In this document: in pieces, positions 24,456-32,841 of the stretch
Layout of the letters: each line of letters begins with the position of its first letter
Position numbering within the stretch: the stretch's first letter is position 1
Origin: Thermoanaerobaculales bacterium
Lineage (GTDB): Bacteria; Acidobacteriota; Thermoanaerobaculia; Thermoanaerobaculales; Sulfomarinibacteraceae
Assembly (NCBI GenBank): GCA_036351195.1
Contig: JAZBOQ010000126.1
Location: 8,059-72,058 of the forward strand
DNA length: 64,000 nucleotides
Direction: 5' to 3'
The notes under the pieces: model-generated
Seen by the model: the letters and a program-made list of their open reading frames with translations, nothing else
Told to the model about the DNA's origin: nothing
The model's database searches: none
Program-made: the position numbers and the translations under genes

Positions 24456-26423
24456 ATGAGTCAGGTGAGATTACTCTCCGAGCGGCGTTTTTGGCCGCTG
24501 TTCTGGACCCAGTTTCTGGGGGCGTTCAACGACAATCTGTTCAAGAACGCGCTGGTGATTCTCGTGGCGTATCGGTCCATGAGCTTGCTCGGGATCGACT
24601 CCAAGCACATCGTGGTGGCCTGCGCCGGAATCTTCATTCTGCCGTTCTTCCTGTTCTCGGCCACCGCCGGGCAGCTGGCCGACCGATTCGCCAAGTGGCG
24701 GCTCATCCGTCTGGTCAAGATCTGGGAGATCGGGGCCATGACCCTGGCCGGGATCGGTTTCGCATTCGACAACCTGGTCCTGCTGCTGGTGGTTCTCTTC
24801 TTGATGGGGATGCAGTCGGCGTTCTTCGGCCCCGCCAAGTACTCGATTCTCCCCGAGCTGTTGGGAACGAGGGACCTGGTCGGCGGCAACGCGCTGGTTG
24901 CCGGGGCCACCTTCCTGGCCATCCTGTTGGGAACCATCACCGGTGGCCTTGTCATCGCCGGCGGTGATGTCTGGGTGTCCCGCCTCGGACTGATGGTGGT
25001 GGCGGTTGCAGGCGCCGGATACCTGACGAGCCGGTTCATCCAGAAGACCCCGCCGGCAAACCCCGGGCTCGATTTCAAGATCAATCCGGTGATCCCGACC
25101 ATCGAGATCCTCGAGGTCACTCGGAGCGTCAAGACGGTCTTTCTCTCGGTGCTGGCGATCTCGTGGTTCTGGTTCCTCGGCGCCTCGTTCTTGTCGTTGC
25201 TGCCCAACTTCAGCAAGGACGTGATGTTCGGCGATGAGACCGTGGTGACCCTCTTCCTCTCGACCTTCTGCGTTGGAATCGGTATCGGTTCCATGCTCTG
25301 CGAGACCTTCTCGAGAAAACGGCTCGAGCTCGGTCTGGTGCCGTTGGGATCCATTGGGATGAGCGTCTTCGCCGTCGATCTCGCCATCGCCGGCGGGCGC
25401 TTCCTCGGTCCTCTCGACGGCCACCTCATGGGCATTCCCGAGTATCTCGGGCACCCGGGCGCGTTTCGTGTCCTGGTGGATCTCTTCGGCATCGCTGTCT
25501 CGGCGGGTTTCTATACCGTGCCGCTGATGAGCTTCATTCAGCTGCGCACCCGCGCCGCCCGGCGGTCGCGGGTGATCGCGGGATTGAACATCATCAACTC
25601 GTTTTTCATGGTGGTGTCGTCGGTGGCGCTGGTCGCCGCTCTCGCCTGGGGCCGGACGATCCAGTCGCTCTTTTTCATCCTCGGTGTGCTCAACGCAGCG
25701 GTCGCGGTCTACATCTACACCGTGATTCCCGAGTTCCTGCTGCGTTTCGTCGCCTGGTGCACCTCCAACGTTCTCTACCGGCTCCGGGTGACGGGCGAGG
25801 AGCACATCCCCGCCGAGGGCCCGGCGGTGCTCGTGGCCAACCACGTCAGTTGGGTCGACTGGCTCATCGTGGCCTCGGTCTCGGCGAGGCCGGTGCGATT
25901 CGTCATGACCCACGAGTACGCCGAGCTCCCCCTCGCACGGTTTCTCATGCGCGGTGCCAAGGTGATCCAGATCGCGTCGGCGAAGGTCGATCCGGACCTT
26001 CAGCAACGGGCGATGGATCAGATTGCAGCCGAGCTCGACAACGGCGAGCTCGTCTTTCTGTTCCCGGAGGGGCGCTTGACCCCCGACGGTGAGCTGCAGT
26101 GCTTCCGGCCGGGTATCGAGCGGATCGTCGAGCGGACGCCCGTCCCCGTGGTGCCGATGGCCCTCGTCGGGCTGTGGGGCAGCTTCTTCAGCCGCTACGG
26201 CGGCAAGGCGATGACCAAGCCCTTCCGCCGCGTCTGGTCGCGGGTCGAAATCCGCATCGGCGAACCCCGCCAACCTGAAGACGTCACAGCCGAACGGCTG
26301 GCGGAAACCGTCGCCCACCTCGGCGGCTGGGATATTCCGGTCTCGTCAGATATGAGCGAGGATGAAACCGAGGAAGACTCGACTGGCGCGGATGGATCGT
26401 CGGCCGCAGTAGATCGCTCATGA
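24456..26423 (+). CDS. Fusion of an MFS transporter (lysophospholipid transporter LplT-like) with a PlsC-type acyltransferase domain
   Basis: The N-terminal roughly 400 aa is a multi-TM MFS region (RRFWPLFWTQFLGAFNDNLFKNAL). The C-terminal domain has the HX4D acyltransferase motif (VANHVSWVDW) and FPEGRLT. Confidence 0.8.
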   Translation: MSQVRLLSERRFWPLFWTQFLGAFNDNLFKNALVILVAYRSMSLLGIDSKHIVVACAGIFILPFFLFSATAGQLADRFAKWRLIRLVKIWEIGAMTLAGIGFAFDNLVLLLVVLFLMGMQSAFFGPAKYSILPELLGTRDLVGGNALVAGATFLAILLGTITGGLVIAGGDVWVSRLGLMVVAVAGAGYLTSRFIQKTPPANPGLDFKINPVIPTIEILEVTRSVKTVFLSVLAISWFWFLGASFLSLLPNFSKDVMFGDETVVTLFLSTFCVGIGIGSMLCETFSRKRLELGLVPLGSIGMSVFAVDLAIAGGRFLGPLDGHLMGIPEYLGHPGAFRVLVDLFGIAVSAGFYTVPLMSFIQLRTRAARRSRVIAGLNIINSFFMVVSSVALVAALAWGRTIQSLFFILGVLNAAVAVYIYTVIPEFLLRFVAWCTSNVLYRLRVTGEEHIPAEGPAVLVANHVSWVDWLIVASVSARPVRFVMTHEYAELPLARFLMRGAKVIQIASAKVDPDLQQRAMDQIAAELDNGELVFLFPEGRLTPDGELQCFRPGIERIVERTPVPVVPMALVGLWGSFFSRYGGKAMTKPFRRVWSRVEIRIGEPRQPEDVTAERLAETVAHLGGWDIPVSSDMSEDETEEDSTGADGSSAAVDRS

Positions 26424-26478
26424 ATACTTCGGGTGAGCGTTGTTGCTCCATGTTGCAGCGATCGATAACCAAGCGCGG

Positions 26479-26629
26479 AATCGAACCGCAGAGGCGCAGA
26501 GAGCGCTGGGCGTCGCTGAGCATCACGTATTGACCCGGGCTCCTTTCATTCTTGAGAGGTAGGGCGCCTTGCGATGGGCTGAGTGACTCTGCGCATCCTC
26601 TGCGACCTCAGCGTCTCTGCGGTTTGATT
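26479..26629. repeat. Inverted repeat pair with CTCTGCG direct repeats
   Basis: AATCGAACCGCAGAG (26479-26493) is complementary at 14/15 positions to CTCTGCGGTTTGATT (26615-26629). CTCTGCG recurs at 26587, 26598 and 26615. Confidence 0.55.
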
Positions 26630-26685
26630 GTGCGCATCGGCTTGAATCCGCCTGAAACGGAGTCGAACGGTGTGCGGCGCGATCT

Positions 26686-27360
26686 TCAGTTCGCTGCGAG
26701 GTAGATGGTGGAGGAGGGTTCGTCGGGAGAGGAGGTGGTTTCGATCTCGACCGTCGCAAAGGTCTCGCGGAGGGTCGATTCGAAGTCGGGGTTGGGCCCG
26801 GGGCTCCAGACTGCGAGAACGCCGCCCGGCGCCAGCGCCCGACGGCACGCTTCGACGCCGCCGGCGCCGTAGAGACCGGCGTTGCCTGGTGCGGCGAGCC
26901 AACCCGGGCCGTTGTCCACGTCGAGGAGCATCAGGTCGAAGGCGCCGGAGGAGTCGTCGATGACCCGGGCCAGGTCGTCGATGACGATCTCCACGCGGGG
27001 GTCGTCGATCGCCTGGCCGTTGGCATCGGCGAAGTAGCGGCGGTTCCACTCGACGACCTTGGCGCCGATCTCGGCGACGACGATCCGCGCGGCCTCCGGA
27101 AGATCGAGCGCCGCCCGCAGGGTGTGGCCGGCGCCGAGCCCGCCGACGAGGATCGTGAGTTCGTCGGGGTCTGCGGCCAGGCGCTGGTGGGCGAGAGCGG
27201 CCATGGCCCGTTCGGAGTGCGAGCCGTGGCTGGCCATGAGAAAGGCGTCGTCGACGAGAATCTCGTAGCCCTCCTCGCCGGTCTCCGCCCGGTAGCGCCG
27301 CAGCACCAGGTCCCCGAGCTCCGTCGTTTCCCGATCCACCACTTCGTACTCGATCTCCAT
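26686..27360 (-). CDS. Spermidine synthase-like SAM-dependent transferase
   Basis: Has ILVGGLGAGHTLRAAL (glycine-rich SAM/dcSAM loop), VAEIGAKVVEW, and LLDVDNGPGW. Confidence 0.7.
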   Translation of the reverse strand: MEIEYEVVDRETTELGDLVLRRYRAETGEEGYEILVDDAFLMASHGSHSERAMAALAHQRLAADPDELTILVGGLGAGHTLRAALDLPEAARIVVAEIGAKVVEWNRRYFADANGQAIDDPRVEIVIDDLARVIDDSSGAFDLMLLDVDNGPGWLAAPGNAGLYGAGGVEACRRALAPGGVLAVWSPGPNPDFESTLRETFATVEIETTSSPDEPSSTIYLAAN

Positions 27361-27507
27361 CCCGGGAGCATAGCGCGGACGGTCGCTGAGATCTGACTCT
27401 GATGGCTGTTGCCGGCCCGCGCTGTGATCCTTGCGGTTCGAAAAAAATTGCGGGCTCGTGAGAGCCCGCGTGTGGAGGGGTTATGGGTTCGTGGGACCCG
27501 TAGGTGA

Positions 27508-28050
27508 CTACCAGAGGTTGATCGCGACCTTGGTGCCGTCGTCGGCCAGGACGCTGACCAGCGGACCGTTGTCGGCCTTGCCGAGGGCGTCGAAGACCAG
27601 CCCGGGATCGGCCGTCTTCCAATCCCAGCGCTCGAGGGCGTAGAGCACGCCGTCGAGGGGGAGGGTGCAGCGCACGGTGGCGTCGTCTGCATCGACGGCC
27701 ACCGTCAGGTTGTCGCCGTGCTTGGCGATCTCGACCAGGGCGTCCGGCGCCTCGACCTTGACGAGCGCCGTGTCCGGCGCCTCGAGGAGGGCGGTCACCG
27801 CCGAGATGACGAGATCCTTGTTGGCCGTGACCTCGGGCGGGATCCGGGCGTCCTCGAGGGCGCTTTCGGGGACCAACGAGGTGGCGACGTTGGCGATGAA
27901 CAACGGGAACGGCACCTTGATGTGCATGGGATCGGGGTCGGCGATCTCAACATCGACGATCACCCAATCGGTGACGGCCACGGCGGCCAGGGTGCCGAGC
28001 AGACCGGCGAGAAGAACGCCGCCGACGGTGGACATGCCTCGTTGACGCAT
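27508..28050 (-). CDS. Exported/anchored acidic protein, paralog of 28073..28615
   Basis: The start is taken at ATG 28050 (SD GAGGAG 6 nt upstream) rather than the track's 28203. 180 aa with an N-terminal hydrophobic segment. Shares APD..V.V..PDA.V.....L...VD..D....V..TLP with its neighbour. Confidence 0.6.
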   Translation of the reverse strand: MRQRGMSTVGGVLLAGLLGTLAAVAVTDWVIVDVEIADPDPMHIKVPFPLFIANVATSLVPESALEDARIPPEVTANKDLVISAVTALLEAPDTALVKVEAPDALVEIAKHGDNLTVAVDADDATVRCTLPLDGVLYALERWDWKTADPGLVFDALGKADNGPLVSVLADDGTKVAINLW

Positions 28051-28072
28051 GGGGTGCTCCTCGTATCCCGGG

Positions 28073-28615
28073 TCAGTCGATCCAGACCCGGACGTTGGCC
28101 TCGTTGGACTCCACGGTGACGATGTCGCCGTTGGAGAAGTCGTCGAGGCTCTCGAGCAGTCCGGCGACATCGATCTGGTCGTCCTCGCTGATGAAGAGCG
28201 CATCCATGAACTGCATGGGCAGGGTGACCTTGACCTTGGCGTTGTCGCCGTCGGCCTCGTCGACGTTGATGAGCAGGGTTCCGGCTTGCTTGCGGACGCT
28301 GACCTGCGCGTCGGGCGAGTTCACGGTCACGAACTGTCCGTCGGGCGCGTCCTTCACCGCCGCCAGGAGCTCGGGCCAGTCGATGTCCATGTCGGGATCG
28401 TCGATGTCCAGGTCGATGTGACCGCGGTGGAAGTTCTCCACGTCGACGCTCTTGAGGACGGACAGGACGAGATTCAGGGGCAGGTGCACCTCGACGTTGG
28501 TCCCGTCGGTGTTGTCGTTGACGTGAACGTTGATCCACCGGGTCTCCTCGCTGGCCAGGGCGAAGCCGGCAACGAAGACGAAGATGGCGGCGATGATGGT
28601 GATTCTGCGGTTCAT
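28073..28615 (-). CDS. Exported acidic protein, paralog of 27508..28050
   Basis: 180 aa. Has a signal peptide (MNRRITIIAAIFVFVAGFALASEE) and SD GGAGG 7 nt upstream. Rich in Asp/Val with beta-strand periodicity. Confidence 0.65.
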   Translation of the reverse strand: MNRRITIIAAIFVFVAGFALASEETRWINVHVNDNTDGTNVEVHLPLNLVLSVLKSVDVENFHRGHIDLDIDDPDMDIDWPELLAAVKDAPDGQFVTVNSPDAQVSVRKQAGTLLINVDEADGDNAKVKVTLPMQFMDALFISEDDQIDVAGLLESLDDFSNGDIVTVESNEANVRVWID

Positions 28616-28712
28616 GTCATACCTCCGTATCGGTCTGATAGGAAGACGACCGGGAACCGGATTGGTTAACGGCCGTTCCTGACCAAGACAACGAAGGAAG
28701 AGGAAAAAGGTT

Positions 28713-28748
28713 CGCGGGCGGCTCGGAAGCCGCCCGCGTAAATTTTTT
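28713..28748. terminator. Bidirectional rho-independent terminator
   Basis: A 10-bp stem, CGCGGGCGGC (28713-28722) / GCCGCCCGCG (28729-28738), flanked by AAAAAGG on the left and AAATTTTTT on the right, so there are T-tracts on both strands. It separates the PspC gene from the paralog pair. Confidence 0.7.
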
Positions 28749-28793
28749 CATACTGGATGCTGGATCCAGTGTCCAGAATCGCCTTTGAGAGCT

Positions 28794-28991
28794 TCAGCTG
28801 TCCAACGGCATGACGAGCCAGAGTGCGAGGTAGACGACGATGCCGGGGAAGGCGACGGAGGCGATCGAACCGACGACGTAGAGCAGGCGGACGCCGGTCG
28901 GGCTCCAGCCGAGCCAGTCGGCGATACCGCCGCAGACGCCGCCGATCATCCGGTTGGAACGGGAACGGTAGAGGGGGTTGGTTGACGTCAC
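28794..28991 (-). CDS. PspC-domain membrane protein
   Basis: 65 aa. LYRSRSNRMIGGVCGGIADWLGWSPTGVRLLYVV is the PspC domain signature, followed by a TM helix. GTG start with GGGAG upstream. Confidence 0.8.
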   Translation of the reverse strand: MTSTNPLYRSRSNRMIGGVCGGIADWLGWSPTGVRLLYVVGSIASVAFPGIVVYLALWLVMPLDS

Positions 28992-29041
28992 TGAGGTCTC
29001 CCTTCAGTCTGAACTACGCAGAATGGGGCGATCGTGTTCCC

Positions 29042-30409
29042 TTAGACGGCGGCGGCCGCCTCCTTTTTGGCGTCGATCTTGTTGGTGACCACGACGAAGA
29101 TCAGCAGAGCGACCAACGACGTCAGACCCACAATCGAGTAGGCGTACCAGAGGTAGTGGGCGTGGGCGTAGACCTCGGGCATGGGGCCCTGGCCGGCGAG
29201 GGCGAGGGCGTGCTGATCCTGGAGCGTCTGTGACAGGGTTGTCGGCTCGGGACAGTACTTGGCGAGCAGGAAGCCCGACAGAATGAAACCGAAGAGCCAG
29301 GCGAAGAAGGTGTTCATGTGGGCGAATCCCAGGAAGACGCCTTCTTTGCCCTTGGGCGCCTGTTTGGAGGCGAACTCGAGCCACTTGGGACTGAGGAAAC
29401 ACTCGGCGAGGCCCTGGATGGCGATGCCGACGACCATCATCAGGGTGATGGGGTGAACCTCGAGGCCGAAGATGTTGAAGTTGCCGTGGAAATAGGCCGA
29501 CGAAGCCATGGCCAATGAAGACATGGGGATCATCGCCATGGCGACCAGCATGGAGTTCTGGGGCTTCCACTTCCGGACGAGCTGGGTGATCGCGACGACG
29601 AAGATCACCACCACCAGCGGATTGACGTTGGCGTACCACTCGGGCTTGTAGGTCTCGCCGGCCATGCGCAGGACGTAGTCGGGCATGGCGGCGTAGAGCT
29701 GACCCTGGATCGCCCAGAAGCCGGCGGTGATCAAGATCAGGGCGAAGAACCGAAGGTTGGACATGGCCATCCACATCCCCTGCAGCACCTCCCTGGTGTT
29801 CCGCGGCTGCTCATCGCCTTCCTCGGTGGGCCGGAAGATCAAGAAGACGAGAATCAGCGCAACCAGCGATGCGCCCGAGGAGAAGAAGGGAACCGTGTCG
29901 ACGCCCATCTGGATTCGCATCGGGGCGACGATGGTCTTGCCGGTGAAGCTGCCGATGTTGACGACCATGTAGAAGATCGAGAAGGCGCGAGCGCGGTTGT
30001 AGGAGTCGGAGGACTTGGAGACCGTGCCCGTGATCACCGGTTTGACGAAGGCTCCACCGACGACGATGACGAAGAGCCCGACGAGCACCGGGCCGAGGGT
30101 CGAAAAGACACCGAGCATGCCGTAGCCGATGGTGAGCAGGGCGAAGGCCAGCATGAGTCCGTTGCGGAATCCCATTCGGTCGGCGAGCGCTCCCGTGAAG
30201 AACGGGAAGAGGTAGATCAGGGCGCCGAAGAGGCCGGCGGTGACGCCCGCCTGAATGTCGTCGAGGCCCACCACCCTGATCAGGTAGGTGCGCAGGGCGA
30301 TGAAGGTGCCGTAATACGCCGCCCGCTCACACAGCTCGGCTGCGTTGCCGGTCCAGAATGCTCGAGGGAACTTCCAGGTGCTCTTGCCTTCTTCCATTGA
30401 GACTCCCAA
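29042..30409 (-). CDS. Proton-dependent oligopeptide transporter (POT/PTR2 family MFS)
   Basis: Has ERAAYYGTFIALRTYL and FGALIYLFPFFTGALADRMGFR (PTR2 signatures). About 12-14 TM helices. Confidence 0.85.
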   Translation of the reverse strand: MGVSMEEGKSTWKFPRAFWTGNAAELCERAAYYGTFIALRTYLIRVVGLDDIQAGVTAGLFGALIYLFPFFTGALADRMGFRNGLMLAFALLTIGYGMLGVFSTLGPVLVGLFVIVVGGAFVKPVITGTVSKSSDSYNRARAFSIFYMVVNIGSFTGKTIVAPMRIQMGVDTVPFFSSGASLVALILVFLIFRPTEEGDEQPRNTREVLQGMWMAMSNLRFFALILITAGFWAIQGQLYAAMPDYVLRMAGETYKPEWYANVNPLVVVIFVVAITQLVRKWKPQNSMLVAMAMIPMSSLAMASSAYFHGNFNIFGLEVHPITLMMVVGIAIQGLAECFLSPKWLEFASKQAPKGKEGVFLGFAHMNTFFAWLFGFILSGFLLAKYCPEPTTLSQTLQDQHALALAGQGPMPEVYAHAHYLWYAYSIVGLTSLVALLIFVVVTNKIDAKKEAAAAV

Positions 30410-30465
30410 CCCCGGTTGCGACGGGTGCGCAACTCTACCACGGGTGATCCGGTGGGATGGCGTCG

Positions 30466-31704
30466 TTAGAGAGTCGTCTCTTTCGCGCCGGGGAAGCTCT
30501 CGAAGGCCGGCTCGTCGCCGAGGTCGGCTCCGGCCCTCATCCTCTCGACGACCTGCCTGAAGTCGGCGGCCTGTTCGTCGTCGGCGCCCCCGGCGGCCTC
30601 GAGCTCGAGCTCGATTGCGGCGGCGGCGTCGCCGCTGATGTAGAGCAACCGGGCGAGGGTGTCGGCGATGTCGGGCGATGGTTCTGCGGCGTAGGCGGCG
30701 CGGGCCATCTCGATGGCCGCGTCCGTCTGCTCACCGGCCAGATAGAGCTGCCACGCCGCGCGGTTGAGGGCGTCGGGATCCTTCGGCGGCCCGGTTTCCT
30801 CGAACCATCGCGAGTAGAGATCGCCGGCAGTCCCGTAGTGGCCACCGCGGAAGGCGAAGGCCGCAATCCCGTAGAGCTCCGCGCCCGACGCTGCGTTCCG
30901 GTCCACCATGTCGAGCAGGTCCGCGGCGTCGTCGAAACGCGCCCGGCGCATCCGTTCCGCCTGGATCTCGGGATCGAGCTCGATCAGCCCGTCGTCCATG
31001 AGCTCGCGGAGTCGGTTGGTTCCCGGCGCGGCCGGAATCTCGACCGCGGTCTTCCAGCCCTTGCGGAAGTGCTTCGCGCTCGAGAGGTAGACGCGATAGT
31101 GCAGGTCGCGGCCGGCGAGGAACATGAGCGCTCGACAGAGCTCGTGGTCGTGGCCATCGCCGGCGTGGAAGGCGCTGATTCTGGCGATGGCTCCCTCGGG
31201 GTCGCCGCGTTCGAGCAGGCCCTCCACGGCTCGTTTGATGGCGTCGATGTTGGAGGGGTCCCCTTCGAGCTCTTCGAGACACGCGAGGAGGGTGTCGCCC
31301 TTACGGATCCGGCGCACCTCCTTGACGAACTTCTCGGGCGGCAGGTAGCCGACGATGCGCTCCACCTCTTCGCCGGAGCTGTCGAGGAAGACCACGGTGG
31401 GGTAGTTGTCGATGGTCAGCCGTTGGGCGGCCTCGGCACCCTCACCCTCGGCATCGAGCTGGATGGCGACGAACTCAGCGAGCTCCTCTCTCACCGCAAC
31501 GTCGGTGAGGGTCTCGGTCTCGAACCGACGGCACCAGGAACACCACTCGGTGTTGAACTCGACGAAGACCAGCGTGTCCTGCTCGGCCGCGGCCCGGATC
31601 GCTCCGTCGAGATCACCGTCGAACCAGAGTTCATCCCCAGCAACGCCGCAGCCACACAGAGCTACCGTCAACAGGATCACAGGGAGCACCGGTCTGCGGT
31701 TCAT
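30466..31704 (-). CDS. Exported thioredoxin-fold protein with TPR-like C-terminal repeats
   Basis: Has a signal peptide with a Cys-containing end (LLTVALCGCG), a thioredoxin-like WCSWC active site in VFVEFNTEWCSWCRRFE, and a helical repeat C-terminal half. Confidence 0.7.
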   Translation of the reverse strand: MNRRPVLPVILLTVALCGCGVAGDELWFDGDLDGAIRAAAEQDTLVFVEFNTEWCSWCRRFETETLTDVAVREELAEFVAIQLDAEGEGAEAAQRLTIDNYPTVVFLDSSGEEVERIVGYLPPEKFVKEVRRIRKGDTLLACLEELEGDPSNIDAIKRAVEGLLERGDPEGAIARISAFHAGDGHDHELCRALMFLAGRDLHYRVYLSSAKHFRKGWKTAVEIPAAPGTNRLRELMDDGLIELDPEIQAERMRRARFDDAADLLDMVDRNAASGAELYGIAAFAFRGGHYGTAGDLYSRWFEETGPPKDPDALNRAAWQLYLAGEQTDAAIEMARAAYAAEPSPDIADTLARLLYISGDAAAAIELELEAAGGADDEQAADFRQVVERMRAGADLGDEPAFESFPGAKETTL

Positions 31705-31860
31705 TCAACCTCCGAGGGGCCGGGCCTTGGCGGGCGCGCCGGCGTCGTCTCGTTTCCTCTGAATGATACGCGTTTTCGTTCCAAGCGGTTACCCTTGGGG
31801 TACACTGAGCATCCAGTCGGCCGGGACGAAGGTCAAAACGCCCGGACCGTGGGAGGCAGC

Positions 31861-32841
31861 ATGAGCGACGCCGCCGCGATCTACGAGAAGATCAAGCACC
31901 TGGTTCCCGAAGCCGAGTGGGCGGTGCACCGGCCGCTGGTGGAAGAGATCAACCGGCTCAAGAGCGAGCTCGGAGCCGTGATTCTCGCCCACAACTACCA
32001 GACCCCGGAAATCTTCCACGGAGTGGCGGACATTCGGGGGGACTCCCTCGCTCTCGCCCGCCGCGCAGCAGAGTCCGATGCCGAGCTCATCGTGGTCTGC
32101 GGCGTCCACTTCATGGCCGAGACGGCGAAGATCGTGAACCCGTCGCGGACCGTGCTGATTCCCGCCCTCGATGCAGGGTGTTCGCTGGCGGACGCGGTGA
32201 CCGCGGCCGATGTGCGGGAGCTCAAACGGCAGCACCCGGGGGTACCGGTGGTGACCTATGTGAACACCACGGCCGAGGTCAAGGCGGAGACGGACATCTG
32301 CTGCACCTCGGCCAATGCCGTCCAGGTGGTCCGTTCTCTTGGAGTCGATCGGGTCATCTTCCTTCCTGACGAGTTCCTGGGAAAGTGGGTCGCGGCGAAC
32401 ACCGATGTCGAGATCATCCCGTGGAAAGGCCACTGCGAGGTGCATGAGAAGTTTTCCGCCGACCTGGTTTCGGACTACCGCCGCCAGTTTCCGGGCGTGA
32501 CCGTGTTGGCGCATCCCGAGTGCGACATCGATGTCCTGCAGGCTTCGGACGTGGTGGGATCCACCTCGGACATGATCAGGTATCTCGCCGCTGCCCGGCC
32601 CGAGAAGGTGGTGCTCATCACCGAGTGCTCCATGAGCGACAACGTATCTGCGGATTTCCCCGAGATCGAGTTCATCCGGTCATGCACGTTGTGTCCGCAC
32701 ATGAAGAAGATCACCCTCGAGAACATCGTCGACTCTCTGGTCAAGCGGCAGTTCGAGATCGAGGTCGATCCGGTGGTTGCGAAGCGGGCGCTGCGGGCCG
32801 TCGAGCGGATGATGGAGGTCGGTCGGGGCGGAAACCGGTGA
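31861..32841 (+). CDS. nadA: Quinolinate synthase
   Basis: Only the C-terminal 326 aa of track ORF 30457..32841 are real. MSDAAAIYEKIKHL...ILAHNYQTPEIFHGVADIRGDSLALAR...VVCGVHFMAETAKI is typical NadA. Confidence 0.9.
   Translation: MSDAAAIYEKIKHLVPEAEWAVHRPLVEEINRLKSELGAVILAHNYQTPEIFHGVADIRGDSLALARRAAESDAELIVVCGVHFMAETAKIVNPSRTVLIPALDAGCSLADAVTAADVRELKRQHPGVPVVTYVNTTAEVKAETDICCTSANAVQVVRSLGVDRVIFLPDEFLGKWVAANTDVEIIPWKGHCEVHEKFSADLVSDYRRQFPGVTVLAHPECDIDVLQASDVVGSTSDMIRYLAAARPEKVVLITECSMSDNVSADFPEIEFIRSCTLCPHMKKITLENIVDSLVKRQFEIEVDPVVAKRALRAVERMMEVGRGGNR

Noticed and set aside
26478-26500. tRNA T-arm-like sequence (reverse complement GCGGTTCGATTCCGC)
   Set aside because: No matching acceptor stem, anticodon arm or D-arm could be built in the flanking 80 nt. 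The segment is one arm of an inverted repeat with 26615-26629.
28760-28769. Perfect palindrome CTGGATCCAG next to direct CTGGAT repeats downstream of the PspC gene
   Set aside because: It lies after the gene's stop and before a terminator, with no downstream gene to regulate. A single 10-bp palindrome could be chance.
30457-31860. N-terminal roughly 468 aa of the 794-aa plus-strand track ORF 30457..32841
   Set aside because: This part is antisense to the well-supported thioredoxin/TPR gene (30466..31704) and has a low-complexity Gly/Val/Glu/Arg composition. Recognisable NadA sequence begins only at the ATG at 31861.
31705-31860. Near-palindrome GGTTACCCTTGGGGTAC in the divergent nadA promoter region, considered as a NAD-regulator operator
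   Set aside because: The two halves are out of register (not a true palindrome) and I cannot match it to a known NadR/NrtR/NiaR motif.
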